In this document: positions 25,789 to 35,812 of the stretch, piece by piece | Layout: each line of letters begins with the position of its first letter | How positions within the stretch are numbered: position 1 is the stretch's first letter | Origin: Candidatus Nitrosymbiomonas sp. | GTDB taxonomy: Bacteria; Sysuimicrobiota; Sysuimicrobiia; Sysuimicrobiales; Humicultoraceae | Assembly: GCA_020724185.1 (NCBI GenBank) | Contig: DYHL01000001.1 | Coordinates: forward strand, 8,903 to 51,032 | Direction of reading: 5' to 3' | DNA length: 42,130 nucleotides | Translations under genes and position numbers: made by a program | The notes under the pieces: model-generated | What the model saw: only the letters and a program-made list of their open reading frames with translations | Databases searched by the model: none | What the model was told of the DNA's origin: nothing

Positions 25789-28212
25789 ATGACCCCACCC
25801 TCTATGTCCGCAACCAGTCGCAAGCCACGTCTTACCCGTGCCGCCGTGTTGGGTGCGGGCGTCATGGGCAGCACAATCGCCGCGCACCTGGCCAACGTCG
25901 GCGTGCCCACGGTTCTGTTGGACATCGTGCCGAAGGAACTCACCGACGACGAGCGCCGGAAGGGCCTGGCGCTTGATTCCCCCGAGGTACGCAACCGGTT
26001 CGCCCGCGCCGGGCTGGAGCGCGCGGTCAAGGCTTCGCCGGCCGCGTTCTACACCCCGGATCGGGCCGCCCTGGTCACCACCGGCAACTTCGAGGACCAC
26101 CTGGACCTGATCCGCGACGCGGACTGGGTCATCGAGGTGGTGGTGGAAGACCTGGCCATCAAGCGCGACCTGCTGGCCCGGGTCGAGGCCCGCTGGCGGC
26201 CCGGCATGATCGTCAGCACCAATACCAGCGGCCTGCCCGTCGCCGCGGTGGCCCAGCAGTCGGGCGAGGCGTTCCGCGCCCACTTCCTGGGAACGCACTT
26301 CTTCAACCCGCCGCGGTACATGAAACTGCTGGAGCTCATCCCCACCCCCCACACGCACGCGTGGGTGACCGAAGCGGTTGCCGGCTGGGGAGAGCGGCTG
26401 CTGGGCAAGGGGGTCGTCTACGCGAAGGACACGCCCAACTTCATAGCCAACCGCATCGGGACGTACGGGATGTTCAAGGCGATCCACCTGATGGTTGACC
26501 TCGGCCTCGAGATTGACGAGGTGGACGAGCTGACCGGCCCGATCCTGGGCCGCCCCAGGAGCGCGACCTTCCGGACCGGCGACCTGGTGGGCCTGGACAC
26601 GCTCCTGCACGTGGCCTCCAACTCGCACCGCAACCTGCCCGATGACGAGGAGCGCGGGATCTACGTGCCCCCGGCGATCCTCACCGAGATGGCCAAGCGC
26701 GGTTGGCTGGGAGAGAAGACCGGCGGCGGGTTCTACAAGCGGCAGGACGGGGAGATCCTCACCCTCGACTACAAGACCTTCGAGTACCGCCCGCGCAAGC
26801 GGTTGTCCACCGGGGCGCTGGAGGCGGCAAAGACGATCGCCGAGCCGGAGAAGCGGGTGGCGGCGCTGCTCGCAATGAACGACAAGTACGGCGAGTTTCT
26901 GCGCCGGCTCACGGGAGCGGTGCTTGTTTACGCCGCCCGCCGCATTCCCGAGATCAGCGACGACATTGTCAACGTGGACCGCGCCCTGCGCTGGGGGTTC
27001 GGCTGGGATCATGGACCGTTCGAGCAGTGGGATGCCCTCGCCTCCATCGGGGCCGCAGACCGGCTGCTGCCGCCGGGCGAGGAGATGCCGGAAGCCCTGC
27101 GCCAGGTCCGCGAGCGTGGGGCCGGGGCGTGGTACCGCGACGGGGCAGATGGGCGGACCTACTTCGATGTCCAATCGGCGACCTACCGGCCGGAGCCCGG
27201 GCTGGAAGGCCGCATCTTGCTCCCGTACCTCAAGTCGAGCGGACGCACCGTGGAAGGGAACGCGGGCGCAAGTCTGATAGACCTGGGCGACGGCGTCGCC
27301 TGCCTGGAGTTCCACTCCAAGATGAACGCCATCGGCGAGGACATCCTGGTCATGACCCGCCGGGCACTGGAGCGGGTCAGGTCCGACTTCGACGCCCTGG
27401 TCATCGGCAACCAGGGATCGGACTTCTGCGTGGGCGCCAACCTGATGCTCATCCTCATGGAGGCCCAAGAGGGCAACTGGGAGGATCTGGACCTCGTGGT
27501 CCGGCAGTTCCAGGGCGCCACCATGGAACTGCGACGCTCGGTGGCGCCGGTTGTCGCTGCTCCGTTTGGCCGCACCCTGGGCGGAGGCGTGGAGTTCTGC
27601 CTGGGCTGCACGCACATACAGGCCGCGGCAGAGACCTACATGGGCCTGGTCGAGGCCGGGGTCGGCCTCATCCCGGCAGGTGGCGGCACGATGGAGATGA
27701 CCAAGCGGGTGGCGGCGGCGGCGCCGGAAGACCCCTCCGCCGACCTGCTCCCGCTCCTCCGGCGGGCGTTTGAGACCATAGCCATGGCGAAGGTGTCCAT
27801 CTCGGGCGAGGACGCCCGGCGATTGGGCTTCCTGCGTCCCTCCGACGGGGTCACGGTCAACGGCGACCTGCTGCTCTCCGATGCCAAGGCCGCGGCCCTG
27901 TCGCTCGTGCGCGGCAACTACCGGCCGCCGCAGCCCGGGCTGATCCGTGTAATCGGCTCGCGCGGTTTCGCGGCGATCGAGTCCTTGCTCTACATAATGC
28001 GCACCGCCGGCTACATCACCGAGCACGACATCGTGGTGTCCAGGAAGCTGGGATACATCATGTGCGGTGGGGATGTGTCGGAGGGCACCCGCGTATCCGA
28101 GGAGTACCTGCTGGACCTCGAGCGCGAGGCGTTCCTGAGTCTGCTCGGAATGCCGGCAACCCTGGACCGCATCCGGCACATGCTGCAGACCGGAAAGCCG
28201 CTGCGCAACTAG
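25789..28212 (+). CDS. fadN: Bifunctional 3-hydroxyacyl-CoA dehydrogenase / enoyl-CoA hydratase (dehydrogenase N-terminal, Bacillus FadN-type order)
   Basis: Rossmann motif AAVLGAGVMGSTIA at the N-terminus and a crotonase-like C-terminal half (GSDFCVGANL, GGGVEFCLG). The start is ambiguous: GTG 25777, ATG 25789 (preferred from SD spacing) or ATG 25804. Confidence 0.85.
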   Translation: MTPPSMSATSRKPRLTRAAVLGAGVMGSTIAAHLANVGVPTVLLDIVPKELTDDERRKGLALDSPEVRNRFARAGLERAVKASPAAFYTPDRAALVTTGNFEDHLDLIRDADWVIEVVVEDLAIKRDLLARVEARWRPGMIVSTNTSGLPVAAVAQQSGEAFRAHFLGTHFFNPPRYMKLLELIPTPHTHAWVTEAVAGWGERLLGKGVVYAKDTPNFIANRIGTYGMFKAIHLMVDLGLEIDEVDELTGPILGRPRSATFRTGDLVGLDTLLHVASNSHRNLPDDEERGIYVPPAILTEMAKRGWLGEKTGGGFYKRQDGEILTLDYKTFEYRPRKRLSTGALEAAKTIAEPEKRVAALLAMNDKYGEFLRRLTGAVLVYAARRIPEISDDIVNVDRALRWGFGWDHGPFEQWDALASIGAADRLLPPGEEMPEALRQVRERGAGAWYRDGADGRTYFDVQSATYRPEPGLEGRILLPYLKSSGRTVEGNAGASLIDLGDGVACLEFHSKMNAIGEDILVMTRRALERVRSDFDALVIGNQGSDFCVGANLMLILMEAQEGNWEDLDLVVRQFQGATMELRRSVAPVVAAPFGRTLGGGVEFCLGCTHIQAAAETYMGLVEAGVGLIPAGGGTMEMTKRVAAAAPEDPSADLLPLLRRAFETIAMAKVSISGEDARRLGFLRPSDGVTVNGDLLLSDAKAAALSLVRGNYRPPQPGLIRVIGSRGFAAIESLLYIMRTAGYITEHDIVVSRKLGYIMCGGDVSEGTRVSEEYLLDLEREAFLSLLGMPATLDRIRHMLQTGKPLRN

Positions 28213-28263
28213 CGGCGGGTTCTGCCGGCGCTACAGGCGTCGGCTCAAGAAGGGAGCCTTGCT

Positions 28264-29439
28264 ATGAGAGAAGCAGTCATCGTCTCGTCCGTGCGCACCG
28301 CGATCGGCAAGGCGCCGCGCGGGGCGCTGAAAGACACCCGGCCCGACGAGCTGGCCGCCATTGCTGTCCAGGAGGCGGTACGGCGGGTTGCGGGGCTCGA
28401 CCCCCTGGAGGTTGAGGACTGCATCCTTGGCTGCGCTTTCCCCGAAGCGGAGCAGGGGATGAACGTGGCAAGGGTGGTGGCGCTGCGCGCCGGTCTGCCC
28501 ATCACCACCTCCGGGATGACCATCAACCGGTACTGTTCATCTGGACTGCAGGCGATCGCCATCGCCGCCCACCAGATCATGACCGGGCAGCACGAGGTGG
28601 TGGTGGCCGGCGGCACCGAGAGCATGAGCATGGTGCCGATGACCGGGAACAAGTACGCTCCGAATCCCCACTTCGCGGAGCACTGGCCGGAGGTCTACCT
28701 GTCCATGGGCCTGACCGCGGAGATCGTGGCCGAGCGCTACGGCGTCTCCCGGGAGGATCAGGATCAGCTCGCCCTGCGCAGCCACATGAACGCGGCCGCC
28801 GCCCAGCAGGCGGGCAGGTTCGCCGAGGAGATCGTGCCGGTCGCCACCACGCGGTGGACCGCGGAGGACGGCCGGCCGCGCAGAGAGGAGATCAACCTGA
28901 CGGCGGATGAGGGGGTTCGTGCCGACACATCCCTGGCTGCCCTGGCCAAGCTCAAACCGGCCTTCTCAACCAAGGGAACGATCACCGCGGGCAACTCCTC
29001 GCAGACCAGCGACGGCGCCGCCGCGGCGGTGGTCATGTCCGCCGGGCGTGCCAGGCGGCTCAAGGTGAAGCCGCTGGGCGTCTTCCGCTCGTTTGCGGTG
29101 GCCGGGGTGGCGCCCGAGGAGATGGGCATCGGCCCGGTCAAGGCCATCCCAAAGGCCCTGGCCCTGGCCGGGCTCAAGCTGGACGACATTGGTGTGATCG
29201 AGCTGAACGAGGCCTTTGCGGCGCAGGGGGCCGCGGTGATCCGGCAGGCAGGGCTGGACCCGGACCGGGTCAACGTCAACGGCGGCGCCATCGCGTTGGG
29301 CCACCCGCTGGGCTGCACAGGCGCCAAGCTGACAGCGACCGTGTTGCACGAGATGCGCCGGCGGGGGGCGCGCTACGGAATGGTGACGATGTGCATCGGC
29401 GGCGGTATGGGCGCAGCTGGTATCTTCGAGGCGGCATAG
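28264..29439 (+). CDS. fadA: Acetyl-CoA C-acyltransferase (3-ketoacyl-CoA thiolase)
   Basis: Active-site contexts [27 protein letters not shown] and MCIGGGMG. Confidence 0.9.
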   Translation: MREAVIVSSVRTAIGKAPRGALKDTRPDELAAIAVQEAVRRVAGLDPLEVEDCILGCAFPEAEQGMNVARVVALRAGLPITTSGMTINRYCSSGLQAIAIAAHQIMTGQHEVVVAGGTESMSMVPMTGNKYAPNPHFAEHWPEVYLSMGLTAEIVAERYGVSREDQDQLALRSHMNAAAAQQAGRFAEEIVPVATTRWTAEDGRPRREEINLTADEGVRADTSLAALAKLKPAFSTKGTITAGNSSQTSDGAAAAVVMSAGRARRLKVKPLGVFRSFAVAGVAPEEMGIGPVKAIPKALALAGLKLDDIGVIELNEAFAAQGAAVIRQAGLDPDRVNVNGGAIALGHPLGCTGAKLTATVLHEMRRRGARYGMVTMCIGGGMGAAGIFEAA

Positions 29440-29452
29440 GAGGAGCGGACCC

Positions 29453-31231
29453 ATGGATGCTAAGTCGGCGCAGGTAACGATCCCCGGTGGCGGATTCGTC
29501 GTCGGGTCCACGTCCCCGGAGGCGATCTTCACGCCGGAGGACCTGACGGACGACCACCGTCTGGTCCAGCGCACGGTCGAGCAGTACGTGGAACAGGAGG
29601 TCCTTCCGCACGTCAAGGAGACCGAGCAGCACGACTGGGATCTGGTGGTCAAGCTGTTCCGCGGATTTGGGGAGCTGGGCTTCCTGGGAGCCGACGTGCC
29701 CGAGGCCTACGGCGGCGCCGGCCTGGACAAGATCTCCGCACTGGTCATCAAGGATGCGATGAGCTCGGAGGCCTCGTTCGCGACCATGGTAAGCGCGCAC
29801 ACCGGCATAGGAACGCTACCCATCGTGTTCTTCGGCAACGAGGAGCAGAAGCAGAAGTACCTGCCCAAGCTGGCATCAGGAGAGTGGGTAAGCAGCTACG
29901 CCCTGACCGAACCCACCGCAGGCTCCGACGCGATGGCCATACGCACGCGCGCGACGCGCAGCCCTGACGGCTCGCACTACGTGCTCACCGGCGTCAAGCA
30001 GTTCATCACGAACGCGAAGATGGCGGACGTCTACATTACCTACGCCAAGGTGGACGGCGAGCACCACTCCTGCTTCATCGTTGAGCGCGGCACTGAAGGG
30101 GTCACGGTCGGCGAGGAAGAGCACAAGCTGGGGATCAAGGGCACTTCGACCGCTTCGATCTTCCTCGAGAACGCGCCGGTGCCGGCCGCCAACGTGCTGG
30201 GTGAGATCGGCCAGGGTCACAAGATCGCTTTCAACATCCTCAATGTGGGCCGATTCTACCTGGCGGCGGGGTGCGTGGGCGGCACGCGCCGTGCGTTGCG
30301 CGAGGCCGTCGCCTACGCGAAGGAGCGCAAGCAGTTTGGCAAGGTCATCGCCGAGTTTGGCCTGATCCAGCAAAAGCTGGCCAGGATGGCCGCGGCGCTC
30401 TTTGCCGCTGAGAGCGCGCTCTACCGAACCGGAGGCCTCATCAGCGAGGCGCTCGGCGGCGAGGCCTATGACAGCAGTCAGGTGGTCGCGGCGCTGGAAG
30501 AGTATGCGGTCGAGTGCTCGGTCAACAAGATCTTCGCCTCCGAGGTACTCGACGGGGTCGTGGACGAGGCGCTGCAGATCCACGGAGGCTACGGCTACGT
30601 CGAGGAGTACTCGGTGGCAAGGGCCTACCGCGACGCGCGCATCAACAGGATCTTCGAGGGCACGAACGAGATCAACCGGCTGCTCATCCCGGCGATGCTG
30701 CTGCGCAGGGCGCAGAAGGGCCGACTGGGTCTGTTCGCGGCCGCGCAGAAGGTGGCTGGCGAGATGCTTTCCCCAACGGTTGGGGGAGATGGCGCGGTCT
30801 CGGGGCCGCTCGCCGAGGAGCGCCGCCTGGTGGACGCGGCGCGCCGGGCGGTCCTGTTTGCCGCCGGCGCCGCGACCCAGAAGTACCTCACAGAGCTGGA
30901 GAATCAGCAGGAGATCCTGGGCGGCATAGCCGATCTGGCGATTGATTTGTTCGCCATTGAGAGCGCGGTGTTGCGGGCCGCCAAGACCGCCGCCCGCGGC
31001 GGACAGTCCGCGGGGCTGCAGGCCGCGATGGCTAGGTACTTCCTCGACGACGCGCTGCCGCGCATCGAGACCCACGCCCGAATGGTGCTGGCCGCCACGG
31101 AAGACGGCGACACGCTGCGCACCATGCTGTCCGGTCTGCGCCGGTTTCTCAAGATCCCTTCGGTGAACACGGTAAGTCTCGGACGCCAGATCGCCGAGGC
31201 GGTGATCAACGCGGGCAGGTACGTCTCCTAG
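29453..31231 (+). CDS. fadE: Acyl-CoA dehydrogenase, long form with C-terminal extension
   Basis: ACAD motifs (YALTEPTAGSDA, QIHGGYGYVEEY, RINRIFEGTNEI). At 592 aa it has the long-form length I recall for Bacillus FadE. Confidence 0.85.
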   Translation: MDAKSAQVTIPGGGFVVGSTSPEAIFTPEDLTDDHRLVQRTVEQYVEQEVLPHVKETEQHDWDLVVKLFRGFGELGFLGADVPEAYGGAGLDKISALVIKDAMSSEASFATMVSAHTGIGTLPIVFFGNEEQKQKYLPKLASGEWVSSYALTEPTAGSDAMAIRTRATRSPDGSHYVLTGVKQFITNAKMADVYITYAKVDGEHHSCFIVERGTEGVTVGEEEHKLGIKGTSTASIFLENAPVPAANVLGEIGQGHKIAFNILNVGRFYLAAGCVGGTRRALREAVAYAKERKQFGKVIAEFGLIQQKLARMAAALFAAESALYRTGGLISEALGGEAYDSSQVVAALEEYAVECSVNKIFASEVLDGVVDEALQIHGGYGYVEEYSVARAYRDARINRIFEGTNEINRLLIPAMLLRRAQKGRLGLFAAAQKVAGEMLSPTVGGDGAVSGPLAEERRLVDAARRAVLFAAGAATQKYLTELENQQEILGGIADLAIDLFAIESAVLRAAKTAARGGQSAGLQAAMARYFLDDALPRIETHARMVLAATEDGDTLRTMLSGLRRFLKIPSVNTVSLGRQIAEAVINAGRYVS

Positions 31232-31237
31232 CAGGGC

Positions 31238-32935
31238 ATGAACAACCAGGCACCGCTCGAATCACGGCCGTGGCTGCGGCACTACGAGCCCGGAGTGCCG
31301 CATGCCATTACCTACCCGGCCCGGCCGCTGCAGCACCTGCTGGACGACGCCGCCGAGCGATATCCCGACCGCCCGGCGGTCACGTTCTTCGGCCGCGATC
31401 TAACCTACAAGACCCTGCGCGATCTGGCCGACCGGTTTGCCGGAGGCCTCCAAGCGCTGGGCCTGCGGCCCGGCGAGCGGGTGTCGCTCCACCTGCCCAA
31501 CTGCCCCCAGTTCGTGATCGCCTACTACGGAACACTGAAGGCCGGCGGCGTGGTAGTGCCGTTCAACCCTCTCTATGTGGAGCGGGAGATAGCCGGGCAG
31601 CTTGCCGACTGCGGAGCAGCAATCGCCGTGACGCTCGACCTGTTCGCAGGGCGCGTCAGGGCCGCGAAGGCCGGCAGCCGCCTCGCGCATGTCATCGTGA
31701 CGCGCATCAACGAGTTCTTCCCTGCGCCGCTGCGCCTGCTGTATCCCCTGCGCGCCAGGCGTCGCGGTGAGTGGCCCCGAATCACGCTTGATGCCACAAC
31801 GCACCCGTTCAGTGCCGTCACCGCCGGCGCTCCGCTGGCGGAGCAGGCGGCGCGGGGAACCGGCGGTGTGGCCGTTCTGCTCTACACCGGCGGCACGACA
31901 GGCACGCCCAAGGCTGCCATGCTCACCCACGGCAACCTGGTGGCCAACGCCTACCAGAGCTCCTCTTGGTACGTTGCGCCGCCGGATGCGACCGGCACTA
32001 CCGTGGGCGTGCTGCCGCTCTTCCACTCCTACGCGATGACGGTCGTGATGAACGGCACCCTGCTGAGGGGCGGGCGCATGGTGCTCCTCCCGCGCTTCGA
32101 GGCGGAAGCGGTCCTCAAGGTCATTGCCCGCAACCGGCCGGACCAGCTTCCAGGAGTTCCGACCCTCTACAACGCGCTGGTCAGCCACCCGGCGGTCGGC
32201 CGTTATGACCTCCGCTCGGTTCGCGCGTGCATCAGCGGCGCCGCGGCGCTGCCCGCCGAGGTGCAGTCGCGCTTCGAGCGCGTCACCGGAGGCAGTCTTG
32301 TTGAGGGCTACGGCCTCACCGAGGCCTCGCCGGTGACCCATGTCAACCCGTTGGCAGGGCTGCGCAAACCTGGCAGCATCGGCATCCCGGTGCCAGATAC
32401 CGACGCGCGGATCGTGGACCTCGAAGGCGGGACCACCACGCTGCCGGTCGGCGAGGCCGGCGAGATGGTCGTCAGGGGGCCGCAGGTTATGGCCGGTTAC
32501 TGGAACAAGCTGGCCGAGACGGCCTCGGCGCTGCGCGACGGGTGGCTGTTCACCGGCGACGTCGCCAGGATGGACGAGGACGGGTTCTTCTACATCGTGG
32601 ACCGCAAGAAGGAGATGCTGATCACCGGCGGACTCAACGTCTACCCGCGGGAGGTCGAGGAGGTGCTCTTCGCGCACCCCGCGGTGCTGGAGGCGGCGCT
32701 GGTGGGCGTGCCCGACCCTCACAAGGGCGAGGTGGGGCGGGCCTTCGTGGTGCTGCGGCCAGACGCCCAGGCCACGGCGGAGGAGATCCTTGCTCACTGC
32801 AAGACCCACCTGGCCCCGTACAAGATCCCGAAGGGGATCGAGTTCCGGGAGAGCCTGCCCAAGTCCCTGATCGGGAAGGTGCTGCGCCGGGTCCTGGCCG
32901 AGGAAGTCCGCGCGAGCCCTAGCGGAACGCGCTGA
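31238..32935 (+). CDS. fadD: Long-chain fatty acid-CoA ligase (AMP-binding family)
   Basis: AMP-binding motif LLYTGGTTGTPKAAMLTHGN, plus GYGLTE, FTGDVARMDEDGFFYIVDRKK and the terminal catalytic-lysine context GKVLRR. Confidence 0.9.
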   Translation: MNNQAPLESRPWLRHYEPGVPHAITYPARPLQHLLDDAAERYPDRPAVTFFGRDLTYKTLRDLADRFAGGLQALGLRPGERVSLHLPNCPQFVIAYYGTLKAGGVVVPFNPLYVEREIAGQLADCGAAIAVTLDLFAGRVRAAKAGSRLAHVIVTRINEFFPAPLRLLYPLRARRRGEWPRITLDATTHPFSAVTAGAPLAEQAARGTGGVAVLLYTGGTTGTPKAAMLTHGNLVANAYQSSSWYVAPPDATGTTVGVLPLFHSYAMTVVMNGTLLRGGRMVLLPRFEAEAVLKVIARNRPDQLPGVPTLYNALVSHPAVGRYDLRSVRACISGAAALPAEVQSRFERVTGGSLVEGYGLTEASPVTHVNPLAGLRKPGSIGIPVPDTDARIVDLEGGTTTLPVGEAGEMVVRGPQVMAGYWNKLAETASALRDGWLFTGDVARMDEDGFFYIVDRKKEMLITGGLNVYPREVEEVLFAHPAVLEAALVGVPDPHKGEVGRAFVVLRPDAQATAEEILAHCKTHLAPYKIPKGIEFRESLPKSLIGKVLRRVLAEEVRASPSGTR

Positions 32936-33788
32936 ACATCGGCGCGGGATCTATCCCGGTCAGCTCTTCCTCCCAGATCGGCAGCCGCGCGTGTGCCTTC
33001 TTGCGCCTGGGCGCGCGGTAGATGATTCCCAGCGGCAGCTTCCCCCTCCGGTCGAAGTCATCCAGCAACGCCCACGCGGCGGCCCGATCCGAGGGGTCGT
33101 GTCCCTCGGGGATGTGCTCGCCGTGCTCCCTGTACCAGTTGGAGGTGTTGAACTTGTTGTAGGTAACGCACGGCGAGAAGTCGTTGACCAGGGCGAAACC
33201 GGGGTGCCGGAAGGCCTCGACGTAGACGTCCGCGCAGTGCTTGGGGTCCCCGGAGAACGACTGCGCCACGAAGGTCGCGCCCGCCGTGATCGCCAGCCGG
33301 GCCGGATCAACGAATGGCGGATGCTCTTCCGTGTGCTCCTCCATGATCTTGCCGAGTCCCGTGGTCGGAGAGTCTTGGCCCCTGGTCAATCCGTACACGC
33401 CGTTGTTCATCAAGATGAGCGCCATTGCCGGATCGCGGCGACAGACATGGATGAAGCTCTCCATTCCGATGGCCAGCGTGTCGCCGTCGCCGGCCAGCGC
33501 GATCACCGTGAGGCCAGGGTCAACCATCTTGGCGCCCAGCGCGTACCCCAGCGGGCCGCCGTGCGTGCCGTGGAACCCGTTGCCGTTGAGGTAGTTGCGG
33601 GTCTGTCCCGAACAGCCTATCCCTCCGACCAGTAGGACCTCGTGCGGCATTACGCCCATCCGCACCAGGGCCATCTTCAGCGCGGCCAGGACCCCGAAGT
33701 CACCGCACCCAGGGCACCACTGGATCCGGTGCCGGGGAAACGCGTTCTGCTCCCACAGCTTGGCGGTCCCCGGCGACGCAACGCTCAT
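32919..33788 (-). CDS. korB: 2-oxoacid:ferredoxin oxidoreductase, beta (TPP-binding) subunit
   Basis: WCPGCGDFGVL and the TPP motif ALAGDGDTLAIG..LMNNGVYGLT. Its 3' end overlaps the fadD 3' end by 17 nt. Confidence 0.85.
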   Translation of the reverse strand: MSVASPGTAKLWEQNAFPRHRIQWCPGCGDFGVLAALKMALVRMGVMPHEVLLVGGIGCSGQTRNYLNGNGFHGTHGGPLGYALGAKMVDPGLTVIALAGDGDTLAIGMESFIHVCRRDPAMALILMNNGVYGLTRGQDSPTTGLGKIMEEHTEEHPPFVDPARLAITAGATFVAQSFSGDPKHCADVYVEAFRHPGFALVNDFSPCVTYNKFNTSNWYREHGEHIPEGHDPSDRAAAWALLDDFDRRGKLPLGIIYRAPRRKKAHARLPIWEEELTGIDPAPMFSAFR

Positions 33789-33791
33789 CTG

Positions 33792-35675
33792 CTAGTCCCC
33801 CTCCGGCACTATCACAATGGCAGCGTCCGGCGCCTCTTCGCCCACGCGAACGACGCGCGTGCCGCCGGCCAGCACCTGGCGCACGCCCCCGGCGATGTCC
33901 GCCGTGTAGAAGGGCCGCCCGTTGTACTTGAGAACGCGGCTCGTCTCGACCAGGCACTCCTGCTGGATCAGGTCCGCGAGCTGTCCAGCGTAGTTCTGCT
34001 CAACGACGATCAGCTCAGACCCCTGCCGCAGCAGGGGCGCCACCAGGTGGACGGGGAACGGCCAGATGTGCGTGAAGTAGACCACGCACGTCTCGGTTCC
34101 TTCCGCCCGAAGCCGCGCCTGCGCGTCCAACAGCGGCATCTTGGTTGATCCCCACCCGGCCAGCAGCGGAACGCCGTCGGGAGAACCGAACACCTGCGGC
34201 GGCTTCGCGTCTTCGCGTAGATAAGTCTGCATCTTGCGCATCCGCTTCTCGACCATCGCCTTGCGCTTGGACGGGTCGGTGGTGATCAGCCCCGTCTCAT
34301 CGTGCTCGGTCCCGCTCACCTTAAAGATCGCACCCGGGGTGCCCACGATGCTGCGGGGGGAAATCCCGGAGGGGGTCATCGCGAAGCGGTGGTAGCCGTC
34401 GCCCTCGATGTCGGACGCGCGCACCAGCCCATGGCGGACCACCGGCTTCTGGTTCTCGGTGAAGAAGGTCTGGGGGAGGTTCTTGCGGCCATCCGTTAGG
34501 GTCAGGTCACTGAGCAGGAATACCGGGCACTGGTACTTGTCAGCCAGGTCGAACGCCTCGAACGCAAGGGAGTAGCACTCCTCGATTGTCCCTGCCGAGA
34601 GCACGATCCGCGGGATCTCGCCGTGCCCGGCGTAGACGGCCATCGCCAGGTCGCCCTGCTCGCTCTTCGTGGGCATGCCGGTGGCGGGACCCGCCCGCTG
34701 CGTGTCAATGATGACCAGCGGCGTCTCGGTGGCCCCTGACAACCCGAACTCCTCGACCTTCAGTGAGATCCCCGGCCCCGACGATCCCACGGCGCTGCGG
34801 ACCCCGGCGATGCTGGCGCCGATCGCCGCCCGGATGGATTCGCGCTCGTTCTGTCCCTGCAGCACCCGGCCCCCGTACCGCGGCAGGTGCTTCTCTAGAA
34901 ATTCCAGAATCGAGGTGGCTGGGGTAATCGGGTAGCCGGAGTAGAACCGGCAGCCCGCCATGACGGAACCCATCCCGATTGCCTCGTTACCGGTCAGCAG
35001 CAGGTTCGGCAGCGCGGAGGGCCGCGGCTCCAGTCGGTAGCCGATGGTATCCCACCCGTTGCTCGACAGAATCTCCTCAACCGCCGCCCGGCCGCGGCGC
35101 GCGGCCTCGAGGTTGATGTCAACAACCCCACGCCCTTTGCTCAGGAACCGCCCTTCCAGATAGGCGCCGAACAGGGCGTAGTCCATGTCGAACTCGAGCA
35201 GGCGCAGCAGCGCGCCGGTGACAATCGTGTTCTTGGTTACCTCCATCTTGAGGTCGCGCTGCGCGATCTGGCGGGCGGCTAGGGGAAAGACCTTGACCCC
35301 GCGCGCCTTGAGCTCGCTGGTTTCCACGGCATCGGCGCTGCTGTCGTAGATCAGAACCCCGCCTTCCTTTAGGTTCTTGCCGTGCCGCAGGATGGTATCG
35401 CGGTTGGGCTGGATGGAAGCATCGGGGTTAGCGTCATGCTCCAGGGCCACCAGGATGTCCGTGCGATCATCGCCGTAGGAGAGTGGCGGGGTCGCCGATA
35501 CGACCAGCGGATCGAACTGATGGGCGCCGTAGATCGTCGAGGCGTATCCTCTCTCCATGGCCAGGACGTGCAGCCCGGCCCGCACGAACAGCTTTCCGAG
35601 GATGTCCGTGACCGTGGTAACCGCGTCGCGAAGCTGAACGCCTCCGACGAGCAGTTTCAGGTTGTTGACGACCAC
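33792..35675 (-). CDS. korA: 2-oxoacid:ferredoxin oxidoreductase, alpha subunit with fused gamma-type N-terminal domain
   Basis: 627 aa: an N-terminal POR gamma-like domain, then the alpha core (GNEAIGMGSVMAGCRFYSGYPITPAT). The stop lies 3 nt before the korB start. Confidence 0.85.
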   Translation of the reverse strand: MVVNNLKLLVGGVQLRDAVTTVTDILGKLFVRAGLHVLAMERGYASTIYGAHQFDPLVVSATPPLSYGDDRTDILVALEHDANPDASIQPNRDTILRHGKNLKEGGVLIYDSSADAVETSELKARGVKVFPLAARQIAQRDLKMEVTKNTIVTGALLRLLEFDMDYALFGAYLEGRFLSKGRGVVDINLEAARRGRAAVEEILSSNGWDTIGYRLEPRPSALPNLLLTGNEAIGMGSVMAGCRFYSGYPITPATSILEFLEKHLPRYGGRVLQGQNERESIRAAIGASIAGVRSAVGSSGPGISLKVEEFGLSGATETPLVIIDTQRAGPATGMPTKSEQGDLAMAVYAGHGEIPRIVLSAGTIEECYSLAFEAFDLADKYQCPVFLLSDLTLTDGRKNLPQTFFTENQKPVVRHGLVRASDIEGDGYHRFAMTPSGISPRSIVGTPGAIFKVSGTEHDETGLITTDPSKRKAMVEKRMRKMQTYLREDAKPPQVFGSPDGVPLLAGWGSTKMPLLDAQARLRAEGTETCVVYFTHIWPFPVHLVAPLLRQGSELIVVEQNYAGQLADLIQQECLVETSRVLKYNGRPFYTADIAGGVRQVLAGGTRVVRVGEEAPDAAIVIVPEGD

Positions 35676-35711
35676 CTAGGTTCGGTCCTTTCTGCCCGCA
35701 TGGATAGGAAA

Positions 35712-35720
35712 AGTATAGCA
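35712..35720 (-). promoter_or_regulatory. Extended -10 element TGCTATACT (minus strand), candidate korAB promoter
   Basis: The reverse complement of AGTATAGCA at 35712-35720 reads TGCTATACT, about 37 nt upstream of the korA GTG. Confidence 0.35.
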
Positions 35721-35812
35721 CAGCCCTACGGGAACGGATCCGCTTCGCCCTGCCAAAGCAGCGGGCAGGCGGCAGGGCTTCTCCCCGGACAGGGCGAATC
35801 CCACCATTCGAC

